Position numbers and translations under genes: made by a program
Shown: in pieces, positions 20,506-28,061 of the stretch
Numbering within the stretch: position 1 is the stretch's first letter
Layout: each line of letters begins with the position of its first letter
Assembly: GCA_947450345.1 (NCBI GenBank)
Contig: CANFVD010000001.1
Location: forward strand, 15,936-79,935
DNA: 64,000 nt
From: Actinomycetota bacterium
GTDB taxonomy: Bacteria; Actinomycetota; Actinomycetes; Actinomycetales; Microbacteriaceae
Direction: 5' to 3'
The notes under the pieces: generated by a model
Database searches by the model: none
What the model was told of the DNA's origin: nothing
What the model saw: the letters and a program-made list of their open reading frames with translations, nothing else

Positions 20506-21852
20506 GTGACCTCAGCGTGGGTCACTCATGCGCGCGAGGTCCTCGCACGTGTCGGTCGGCGCCGGGTAATTCTCTTAGGCGCGGGGATCGTGACCGCTCT
20601 TGTCGTGCTGTCGGCATCGGGCCTGGTAGCCACGGCGGTGACCTCTCCGCCAAGCCAATCCACGACTGATAATTCCGGCGGGGCAGAGGCGGAACAGAAC
20701 ACGAGCACCCTCGACCCGGTTGCACGCTGGGCACGCTTGCGACTCGCCAACATGTCAACCGCCGACAAGGTGCGCAGCCTCATCATCGGCCACGTGAGTG
20801 GCGTCAACCCCGAGGGTATGCGCGTCGCGGTGGCACCCAGTTCCAGCGGCGGATCAGGTTGGGGCGGCGTCATCCTGATGCGCGACAATGTGGTGGCGAG
20901 TGCCGAAGAGATGTCGGCCGTCACCGGGCTCGCCACGGCCGAACCGGAGTTGCCTCCCATTGTGTCGATCGACGAAGAGGGCGGCGAGGTCGTTCGATTG
21001 CCCTTCGACCCGTTTGCCGGGGCCGACGATCTGCGGAGTCAGCCGGTGAGCGCGACCACCGACGCGTTTGCCGGACGCGGCGCCCTCCTCGCTTCTGTGG
21101 GAATCTCGGTGAACTTTGGCATCGTTGCCGACAGCACGGCTGACCCCGGCTCATTTATTTACCGTCGCACGCTGGGCGACGGACCGACGGACAGCGCCGA
21201 ACGCGTAGGCGCTGCCGTGACCGCCGAGCAGACGTCGGTCGCGAGCACACTCAAGCATTTCCCGGGTCACGGACGCACGGCAGGAGATTCACACGTCGGC
21301 ATTCCCGAAGCGAACGTCAGCCTCGAGCAGTGGCGGGCCACTGACGCCGTGCCGTTCGCGGCGGGAGTGGATGCCGGCGTGACGTTCGTCATGTTTGGGC
21401 ATCTCGCCTTCCCGGCGGTGGATGCGGCTCCGGCGAGTCTGTCCGCGACGTGGCACGACGTGTTGCGTCGGGACCTAGGGTTCGACGGGATTTCGGTCAC
21501 CGATGACATGCTGATGCTTCAAGCATCGGGAGATCCCCGTTTGGCGGATCCCTATGCCAACGCCGTGGCTGCCCTGGCCGCAGGAAATGACGCGCTCCTC
21601 TATGTTTTCCCTGCGGACCCCGCCACCGTCGGCATCGACGTGACCACTCTCGTGGCGACACTCGTTGCTGCAGTGGATTCGGGAGTCATTCCGCAGGCTC
21701 GAGTCGATGAATCCGCGCTCAAGTTGCTGACTTTTCGGCGCTCTCTGGCGCCGGGCGCAGAGAAGTGGCACGCCCCCTGTGACCTCGGTTGCGTGGTGCT
21801 CAATGAACCTCGGGGAACTGTTCCGGCGACAATCGCGCTGGCAGGTCCGTGA
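20506..21852 (+). CDS. glycoside hydrolase family 3 N-terminal-domain protein (NagZ-like beta-N-acetylhexosaminidase), membrane-anchored or secreted
   Basis: ORF 20413..21852, trimmed to GTG 20506 after the LLM stop. N-terminal TM/signal RRRVILLGAGIVTALVVLSA. Motifs KHFPGHGRTAGDSH and ...GISVTDDM. Confidence 0.8.
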   Translation: MTSAWVTHAREVLARVGRRRVILLGAGIVTALVVLSASGLVATAVTSPPSQSTTDNSGGAEAEQNTSTLDPVARWARLRLANMSTADKVRSLIIGHVSGVNPEGMRVAVAPSSSGGSGWGGVILMRDNVVASAEEMSAVTGLATAEPELPPIVSIDEEGGEVVRLPFDPFAGADDLRSQPVSATTDAFAGRGALLASVGISVNFGIVADSTADPGSFIYRRTLGDGPTDSAERVGAAVTAEQTSVASTLKHFPGHGRTAGDSHVGIPEANVSLEQWRATDAVPFAAGVDAGVTFVMFGHLAFPAVDAAPASLSATWHDVLRRDLGFDGISVTDDMLMLQASGDPRLADPYANAVAALAAGNDALLYVFPADPATVGIDVTTLVATLVAAVDSGVIPQARVDESALKLLTFRRSLAPGAEKWHAPCDLGCVVLNEPRGTVPATIALAGP

Positions 21853-21969
21853 AAAATGCGCCATCTTCGGGAATAACCTGACGCGTCACGCACTTATCTG
21901 ACCCGTACGCCAATTCGGCGTGTACTCACCAGACGTCCCGAGCACTCGTGTTCGGAGAACAGGACCACC

Positions 21970-22527
21970 ATGACCATCACTGCAGAATCCATCCCCGGCT
22001 ACAAAGCAGGCAGCTGGATTGTTGACCCGTCGCACTCCGAGGTGTCGTTCTCGGTTCGCCACCTCATGATCAGCAAGGTGCGCGGAACGTTCGGCAGCTT
22101 TTCGGCCACGATTCTCACGGGCGAGAACCCCGAGGAGACCAAGATCACGGCGTCGGCTCAGGTTGCCAGCATCAACACAAACGACGAGGGCCGCGACGGT
22201 CACCTGCGCACCAACGAATTCTTCGACGCCGAGAACTACCCCACGATCGAGTTCGCCTCGACCTCGGTGACGGCGGCCGGCAGCGATTACAAGGTGGGTG
22301 GCAACCTCACGGTTCGCGGCGTCACCAAGCCGGTTGTGTTTGACCTCGAGTTCGGTGGCTTCGCGACCGATCCCTACGGCAACTACAAACTTGCCGCCAC
22401 GGTGACCGGTGAGATCAACCGTGAAGACTTCGGCCTGTCGTGGAACGCGGCACTTGAGACCGGCGGTGTTCTGGTCGGCGAGAAGGTCACCATCACCATC
22501 GAACTGCAGGCCGCCCTGCAGGTTTAG
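21970..22527 (+). CDS. YceI-family polyisoprenoid-binding protein
   Basis: 185 aa. WIVDPSHSEVSFSVRHLMISKVRGTF..., ...NLTVRGVTKPV... Confidence 0.9.
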   Translation: MTITAESIPGYKAGSWIVDPSHSEVSFSVRHLMISKVRGTFGSFSATILTGENPEETKITASAQVASINTNDEGRDGHLRTNEFFDAENYPTIEFASTSVTAAGSDYKVGGNLTVRGVTKPVVFDLEFGGFATDPYGNYKLAATVTGEINREDFGLSWNAALETGGVLVGEKVTITIELQAALQV

Positions 22528-22533
22528 TTATGT

Positions 22534-22577
22534 CATGCGAAAGGGGCTTCGAGGCGACTCGGAGCCCCTTTCGCATG
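22534..22577. terminator. long hairpin between convergent yceI-like and FUSC-like genes (possible bidirectional terminator)
   Basis: CATGCGAAAGGGGCT...AGCCCCTTTCGCATG, a stem of 14 bp or more. No clear U tract on either strand. Confidence 0.5.
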
Positions 22578-22586
22578 CTCTGGTGA

Positions 22587-23642
22587 TTAGTCCTCCGTGA
22601 GGATGCCCGTAATTTCTTCGTTGACCAATCGCAGGTTCTCCACCAGAAAACCCTCGAGCACCCAGTTCTTGGTTGAGGGTCGGCTTAGTCGGATGGGTTG
22701 CGTGAGCACGGGAAGGTCGTGTGTCTCCGGGTGAGGAACGTTTATGGCCTCGAGCCCGGTGTCGCGCACCACAATGCGTAGGTCATGTCCGGCGCTTTTG
22801 AGCTCGGCAGCGATTTCGGCGATGTTGGCATCGTTCACGAGGGACTCGTCGTAGTGGTCGCGCACGCCTCGGGAGATGCCAATCGTTCTCGTGGTGACAA
22901 CGGCGAGACGCGCCAACAGGTTTGACAGCTCATCGACCGCGGGCCGGTGCTTGTTGCGTCGAATCATGTTGAACCGCAGGCTCTCGCTGAGTGCGTTGAC
23001 CCGATCGAGGGCCGCGTTGAGTTCGGCACGGAGTCCGCGCGCACGCCAGTAGAGCGTGTTGAGTACCTCGGGGCTCGTGCGTCGAGACAGTACCGCGCCG
23101 AGGTCTTCCAGCAACTGAGCAATGTCACCACCCAGTGTGGCGACGGCGGTGCGTGCCGGAGCGAGGGCGACCGGCGGCACAATCACCGCGTTGACGATGA
23201 TGCCGATGACGGCGCCCAGGATTGTTTCGAGGATGCGCACGAGAGCGTAATCGGGCGCCGCGGCACCGATCACAATCGAGAGCATGGCGCTAATGGCGAT
23301 TTGGTTGGCGGTGGCCGGTGTGAGTTTGAACGCCCATCCCGTGATGATCGCCGCAGCGATGGCGACGAGGACCAACCACGAGGGCGATCCAAAGGCCAAG
23401 CTTGCTCCCAGGGCAATTGCCACGCCAATCACGGTGGCCGTGGACCTCTCGAGGGCTTTGCCGAGTGAGGCGTTCACGCTGGGCTGCACCACGATGATGG
23501 CGGCGATGGCCGCGAACACGGGCGTGTCGGTCTGGAATAGCGGAACGGCAATCAACCAGGCAGCTACGGCGGCGCCGATTGACTTGAGCACCTGCAGAAA
23601 GGGGATGCGTCGTTTCGCCCGTACGTTTGCTCGGATGCTCAC
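22587..23642 (-). CDS. FUSC / aromatic-acid-exporter-like integral membrane protein
   Basis: 351 aa. N-terminal half has 5-6 TM helices (LQVLKSIGAAVAAWLIAVPLF...). C-terminal half is a soluble helical domain. GTG start (23640-23642) overlaps the dnaE2 TGA (23639-23641). Confidence 0.7.
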   Translation of the reverse strand: MSIRANVRAKRRIPFLQVLKSIGAAVAAWLIAVPLFQTDTPVFAAIAAIIVVQPSVNASLGKALERSTATVIGVAIALGASLAFGSPSWLVLVAIAAAIITGWAFKLTPATANQIAISAMLSIVIGAAAPDYALVRILETILGAVIGIIVNAVIVPPVALAPARTAVATLGGDIAQLLEDLGAVLSRRTSPEVLNTLYWRARGLRAELNAALDRVNALSESLRFNMIRRNKHRPAVDELSNLLARLAVVTTRTIGISRGVRDHYDESLVNDANIAEIAAELKSAGHDLRIVVRDTGLEAINVPHPETHDLPVLTQPIRLSRPSTKNWVLEGFLVENLRLVNEEITGILTED

Positions 23643-26600
23643 GGTTTTACGGTAGTCGCGCCGCCGGAGTACTCGTGGCGGCGCGCGCAGAACTCAGCCC
23701 AGAGCTGTTTGAGATCCCACGCCTGGATGGCTTCGATTGAAATGCCTCGTTCACCGGTGCGGCGGGTGCGGCCGCGAATCACCATGAGTTTGGTGCCGAA
23801 CAACAGGGATCCCGTGGCCTGCTGCGCTTCTTCGAAGAAGGTCGCGTCGGCGCATCCGCTGCCGTCGTCGAGGCTGATAAACACGACGCGTTTGCCCGAA
23901 CGCATGGGCGGAGTTTGTGTGGCGATGCGCACGCCGGCCACTAACACCTCGGTTTTACTCCGCAGTGCCAACAGTTGGCTTGCTGGAGTGACGCCCATGT
24001 CGTCAAGCAGGGGCCGGTAGGCCTCGATGAGATGCTCCGAGGCATCCATGTCGAGTACCCCGAGCTCGACCCGAGCGCGGTCGGCGGTCGTGAACTGGGG
24101 GTTTCCGCGCGGAATCGCGTGCCGGTCGTCGATGGTGAAGTTGAGCTGATTGTCGGGGTCGCTGCGCGCGGGGCGCATGGCGGTGAGCTGGCGTACGAAA
24201 GCGATCACATCGCCGCGTGTGGGGAGTGACGTCGCTTCTGGCGAGCCGGCCAACGCGTCAAGTGCCCCCACGAGGGCCAGTCGTTGCATGAGCGCGCGCG
24301 AGGGTCGGGCGCGCTCGTACAGGTCGGTGATGCCCGTGAACGGCTGACCGGCCAGCAGTCGTGCCAGTTCGGCCTCGCTGATGCCGTGCACATCGCGCAG
24401 CGAGAGGCGAATGCCGAGGGTGCCCCCGCGCAGGCGCTCCACGCGGTACTCGTCGATACTGAGGTTGGCATCCAGCGGCAAGATGGGCACGCCCATGCGG
24501 CGCGCTTCGGCCAGCAGGAGGCGTCGGGGATACATGCCCGGATCGTGCGTGAGGATTCCCGCGAGGAACTCTGCCGGATAGTGCGTCTTGAGCCAAGCGC
24601 TCTGATACGTGGGCAGCGCGAAAGCCGCACCGTGTGCTTTGCAAAACCCGAACGAACCAAAACCCTTAAGCACCGCCCAGATGCGCTCGATGTCGGCGTC
24701 GGTGAACAGGCGTTTGCCGGTTTCGGGGTCGCGTCGCTCCGCCGTGCGTTGGCGAAACGCGCGTTCGATTGACGCGGTTGACTTCTCCATGGCGCGCCGT
24801 AGCTCGTCTGCCTCGGCCAGCGTCACGCCCATGCACTCGTGCAGGATGCGCAGAATGTGCTCGTGGTAGATGACCACGCCGTAGCTGTCACGCAGAAAAG
24901 AGCGAAAGCGTGGGTGCAGATAGTTGGGGGCGGTAAAGCCGTGTTTGGCATCGAGGAAGGGTGCCACCATGTTGCCCTTCATGGGCCCGGGGCGAAACAG
25001 CGAGATATCGGCGATGAGGTCGTTGTACTCATCGGGCTGCATCTTGCCGATCAGTTCGCGTTGCCCGGGGCTCTCAATCTGGAACATGCCGAGCGTGTGG
25101 CCGGTGCGAATGTTGGCGAACGTGGCCTCGTCGTCGTGGGGGATGGCGTCGAGCTCGATAAGCCCGTTGGGCTTGATGTACGGGGCGTCACTGGGCAGCT
25201 TGCCCACCTCGGCCGCGTGCGGGCCGTGCATGCGCTGAATCTCGCGCAGGGTGTACGAGAGCGTCGACTGCATGCGCACGCCCAGTACGTCGAGTTTGAG
25301 CAGACCCACGTCATCGATGTCGTCCTTGTCGAACTGACTCATGGGCAGTCCCATGCCGGAGGGTTGCATGGGGCTCAGGTTGTATAGCTCGTTGTTGCCG
25401 AGGATTACGCCACACGGGTGCATGGAGACGTGGCGGGGGAGTCGGTCGAGGCGTTCGGCCACGTCGACGAGCAACTCGAGGCGGGCATCCTCCTCGAGCA
25501 TGGTGACGAACTCACGCATCTCGGGCTTGGTGTCGAGTGCGCGCCGAAAGTCCCGGGCGTTGAAGCGCCAGATGTTCTTGGCGACAAAGCCAATCTGCTC
25601 GGGGGAGAGGCCCAGGGCCATGCCGGCATCGCGCGCGGCACCACGTGCGCGATAGGTGTTCTGCATCGCCATCAGGCTCACGCGGGTACTGCCGTAGCGC
25701 TCAAAGATGGCGCGGTAGACCTCGTGGCGCCTGGCCGACTCCACGTCGATGTCGATGTCGGGCAGTGTCTCGCGCTTGTTGCCCAGGAAGCGCTCAAACA
25801 GCAGGTCGTGCTCGAGGGGGTCGACGTTGCTGATGCGCAGTAGGTACGTGACGATACTGCCCGCGCCGCTGCCGCGCGCCTGGTTGCGGATGCCCATGCG
25901 CCGCATGAGCGCCGACACGTCGGCCACGGTGAGAAAGTACGAGGCAAAGCCAAAGTCATAAATGGTGTTCAGCTCGGTGTCGAGGCGTTCGGTGATGCGC
26001 CGCATCTCGGTGGCTCCCGCGTAGGGGTAGCGCTCACCGATGGCTGCTTCGGTGCTCTGGCGCAGAACTGCGGCGGGGTCACCGCTCAGGCCAATGACAT
26101 CGTTCTCGGGAATCTTGGCCTGACGCCAGCCAAGATCGGTCTCGGGGTCGAGTACGCAGCGCAGGGCGAGGCGTTCGCCGGCCGCGAGCATGCGGTGCGC
26201 GGCTCCCTGATCGAGTCGAGAGGCACGCGCCACGCGCAGGGCGATCGCGTGCATTTCGGCCGGCGTCTTGAGCCACGCCTGGCCGTTGGGTTGTGGCGTG
26301 AACTGGCCCAACGCGCGCAGCATCGCCGCGGCATCCAACACGTCGCCGGTGACGGCATCGTCGGCCTCGAGGTAGCGTGCGGCATTACTGAGCACCGCGG
26401 GTGTCTCGGTGTCGTGAGCGAGCTCGAGCATGGCCACCGCGTGGCGCAGGCTGGCGGTGGTGCCCGGTGCGGTGTCGTGGCACACCACCTCGAGGGCGAT
26501 GGCGCCGGGGAGTGTGTGGGTCCACCAGGCGAGCAGTTCACGCGCCCGTTCGGCCTCACCGCGGGCGAGCGCCTGCCCCACGTCGGAAGCGGGGCCGAGG

Positions 26601-27007
26601 AGGATAGTGACGGTGATGCCGTCGGGACCACGAAGCAGGGGCCTCAGACGCGTGCGGGCGAGCGCCGGGGGCGAACTGCGCGTGCTGCGTGCGTGGGCCG
26701 CGGTGATGGCTCGCGCCATGCTTGCCCACCCGCGCCCCTCGCAGTGCCCGTGGGCAAGTAGGGTGAGTCGACCCGCCGGCCGGCCGTCGCTCTCGCGCAA
26801 CGCGAGGTCTACCCCCACAATCGGCTGAAGTCCGCTGGCCACGCACGCGCGAATGTGCCGCACGGCACCGTAGAGTCCGTCGCGGTCGGTGATGGCCGCC
26901 GCCCACGCGCCCGCGGCCTTCTGCGCCGCCACGAGCGCCTCGGGGCGGGCGGTGCCGTAGTGCGCCGAGAACGCCGAGGCGACGTGCAGGTGGGTGAAGT
27001 CGGGCAT
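23639..27007 (-). CDS. dnaE2: error-prone DNA polymerase III alpha-like subunit DnaE2
   Basis: ORF 23639..27481, trimmed to ATG 27007 (MPDFTHLHVASAFSAHYGTARPE, PHP domain start). 1122 aa. ...FCKAHGAAFALPTYQSAWLKTHYPAEF..., OB fold near the C-terminus. The 158-codon upstream extension is Arg/Pro/Ser-rich and overlaps a better ORF. Confidence 0.9.
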   Translation of the reverse strand: MPDFTHLHVASAFSAHYGTARPEALVAAQKAAGAWAAAITDRDGLYGAVRHIRACVASGLQPIVGVDLALRESDGRPAGRLTLLAHGHCEGRGWASMARAITAAHARSTRSSPPALARTRLRPLLRGPDGITVTILLGPASDVGQALARGEAERARELLAWWTHTLPGAIALEVVCHDTAPGTTASLRHAVAMLELAHDTETPAVLSNAARYLEADDAVTGDVLDAAAMLRALGQFTPQPNGQAWLKTPAEMHAIALRVARASRLDQGAAHRMLAAGERLALRCVLDPETDLGWRQAKIPENDVIGLSGDPAAVLRQSTEAAIGERYPYAGATEMRRITERLDTELNTIYDFGFASYFLTVADVSALMRRMGIRNQARGSGAGSIVTYLLRISNVDPLEHDLLFERFLGNKRETLPDIDIDVESARRHEVYRAIFERYGSTRVSLMAMQNTYRARGAARDAGMALGLSPEQIGFVAKNIWRFNARDFRRALDTKPEMREFVTMLEEDARLELLVDVAERLDRLPRHVSMHPCGVILGNNELYNLSPMQPSGMGLPMSQFDKDDIDDVGLLKLDVLGVRMQSTLSYTLREIQRMHGPHAAEVGKLPSDAPYIKPNGLIELDAIPHDDEATFANIRTGHTLGMFQIESPGQRELIGKMQPDEYNDLIADISLFRPGPMKGNMVAPFLDAKHGFTAPNYLHPRFRSFLRDSYGVVIYHEHILRILHECMGVTLAEADELRRAMEKSTASIERAFRQRTAERRDPETGKRLFTDADIERIWAVLKGFGSFGFCKAHGAAFALPTYQSAWLKTHYPAEFLAGILTHDPGMYPRRLLLAEARRMGVPILPLDANLSIDEYRVERLRGGTLGIRLSLRDVHGISEAELARLLAGQPFTGITDLYERARPSRALMQRLALVGALDALAGSPEATSLPTRGDVIAFVRQLTAMRPARSDPDNQLNFTIDDRHAIPRGNPQFTTADRARVELGVLDMDASEHLIEAYRPLLDDMGVTPASQLLALRSKTEVLVAGVRIATQTPPMRSGKRVVFISLDDGSGCADATFFEEAQQATGSLLFGTKLMVIRGRTRRTGERGISIEAIQAWDLKQLWAEFCARRHEYSGGATTVKP

Positions 27008-27015
27008 GCGTGGCG

Positions 27016-27333
27016 CTACGCAAACAGTCTCTGGTCGAGCTCGACCGTGGAGGCCCCGACGAGACGCCAGCCGTCTCCGTGTTGGGCGAGGTCGTACACG
27101 CCGTCGTCGCGCGGGGCTCCCGACGTGAGGGCAATCGCATCCACGCGCCACGTGGGCACGTCGAGGGGAAGTGTGCGGCCCCGGGTGACGCGGTCGCTCT
27201 GCTGCCACCAGGCACGGCGGCTCAGCCACGGTTCGGGCGCGCTCACTATGGCGTAGCTGATGCCGCGCCAGCGAAATGAGAGGGGAACTCCTCCGGCCGA
27301 GAGATCCACTCCGACGGGTTCGTCGATGTACAT
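27016..27333 (-). CDS. conserved-looking hypothetical protein, 105 aa, Trp-rich, first gene of the dnaE2 transcription unit
   Basis: ATG 27333 has GAGGAG 6 nt upstream. Third codon positions are strongly G/C. 6 Trp. No TM helix or signal peptide. Stop is 8 nt before the dnaE2 ATG. Confidence 0.7.
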   Translation of the reverse strand: MYIDEPVGVDLSAGGVPLSFRWRGISYAIVSAPEPWLSRRAWWQQSDRVTRGRTLPLDVPTWRVDAIALTSGAPRDDGVYDLAQHGDGWRLVGASTVELDQRLFA

Positions 27334-27351
27334 GGAGGCTCCTCGTGAAAT

Positions 27352-27367
27352 TCGAATATATCTTCGA
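27352..27367 (-). promoter_or_regulatory. LexA (SOS) box-like palindrome
   Basis: Plus strand reads TCGAATATATCTTCGA. The mycobacterial/actinobacterial consensus is TCGAAC-N4-GTTCGA, and both half-sites differ only at the innermost base. It lies 19-34 nt upstream of ATG 27333. Confidence 0.55.
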
Positions 27368-27372
27368 ATACC

Positions 27373-27394
27373 ACGTTAGAAAAAACCACGGACA
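27373..27394 (-). promoter_or_regulatory. RecA-NDp / PafBC-type DNA-damage promoter-like motif
   Basis: Minus strand reads TGTCCGTG-GTTTTTTC-TAACGT. The motif described for mycobacteria is tTGTCRgtg-N8-TAnnnT; the single deviation is C for R. The -10-like hexamer ends 5 nt before the LexA-like box. Confidence 0.45.
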
Positions 27395-27426
27395 GCAAAG
27401 TGTGGAGGACAGGTTGAGGGTTGTTC

Positions 27427-27455
27427 GTTCGGGGAAGTTCGGAACGTCCCCGAAC
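27427..27455. repeat. 29-nt near-perfect palindrome
   Basis: GTTCGGGGAAGTTCGGAACGTCCCCGAAC. It matches its own reverse complement at 26 of 29 positions (two symmetric mismatches plus the central base). No flanking U tract. Confidence 0.7.
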
Positions 27456-27507
27456 TCATCTGCGCTGAAAATTAGGTTCAATCAAGATAATGTGAGCAGA
27501 GACGAGA

Positions 27508-27523
27508 GTGAAGAAATCTTCAC
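27508..27523. promoter_or_regulatory. 16-nt perfect palindrome upstream of the PH-SHOCT gene (candidate operator or 5'-UTR hairpin)
   Basis: GTGAAGA-AA-TCTTCAC, 20 nt upstream of ATG 27543. GATAAT (27485-27490) is a possible -10. Confidence 0.35.
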
Positions 27524-27542
27524 AAAACATAAGGGGAAAATT

Positions 27543-28061
27543 ATGGCGGGCGAGACACTGTGGGAGGGCGAACGGAATTCGCTCACGGCGGCAGCAACCG
27601 GGGGCAAGGTTGTATCGGAAAAATACCGACTTACCCCCGAATACATTTACGTCGAGCGGGGTCTGATTGGTTCTAAGGCTGATCAGTATCCGACTTGGGC
27701 AATACGAGATATCGACGTCACTTCCAGCCTCGTGCAGAAGGCCCGTAGCCTCTCCACACTTAAGGTCCATCTGCAACATGATGAATACACTGGGGCGGAT
27801 CAAGTCAACTTGGAAAACATCAGTGGTGGCAAAGAATTACGCGACACTCTCAACCGCATTGCAAATGAGGCACGACTACTTCGCCAGCAACAGTCACAGA
27901 CAGTCCACTACTCAGGTTCTGCCCCAATAGCCCAAGGGGCTCCCGCTTCACAAAGTGCTTTTGACCCAATTGAGCAACTAACAAAATTAGGGGATCTTCT
28001 ATCAAAGGGCCTTATTTCTCAGGAAGAATTTGACGCTCAAAAAGCAAAACTCCTTGGCTAG
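27543..28061 (+). CDS. bacterial PH domain (bPH_2/YdbT-like) protein with C-terminal SHOCT domain
   Basis: ORF 27276..28061, trimmed to ATG 27543 (AAGGGGA RBS). YRLTPEYIYVERGLIGSKADQYPTWAIRDIDVTSSLVQKARSLSTLKVHL resembles bPH_2. The C-terminal DPIEQLTKLGDLLSKGLISQEEFDAQKAKLLG is a typical SHOCT motif. GC is markedly lower than the flanks. Confidence 0.75.
   Translation: MAGETLWEGERNSLTAAATGGKVVSEKYRLTPEYIYVERGLIGSKADQYPTWAIRDIDVTSSLVQKARSLSTLKVHLQHDEYTGADQVNLENISGGKELRDTLNRIANEARLLRQQQSQTVHYSGSAPIAQGAPASQSAFDPIEQLTKLGDLLSKGLISQEEFDAQKAKLLG

Noticed and set aside
27427-27455. The 29-nt palindrome as an intrinsic terminator for ORF105/dnaE2 or the PH-SHOCT gene.
   Set aside because: It lies upstream of both divergent genes, not downstream of either, and lacks a U tract on both strands. 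It is reported as an unexplained palindrome instead.
27008-27481. 158-codon N-terminal extension of the dnaE2 ORF, which would give a 1280-aa protein.
   Set aside because: The extension is Arg/Pro/Ser-rich junk. It overlaps ORF105 (a better frame, with RBS and a GC3 signal) and runs into the AT-rich promoter region. The canonical PHP-domain start MPDFTHLHV is at ATG 27007.
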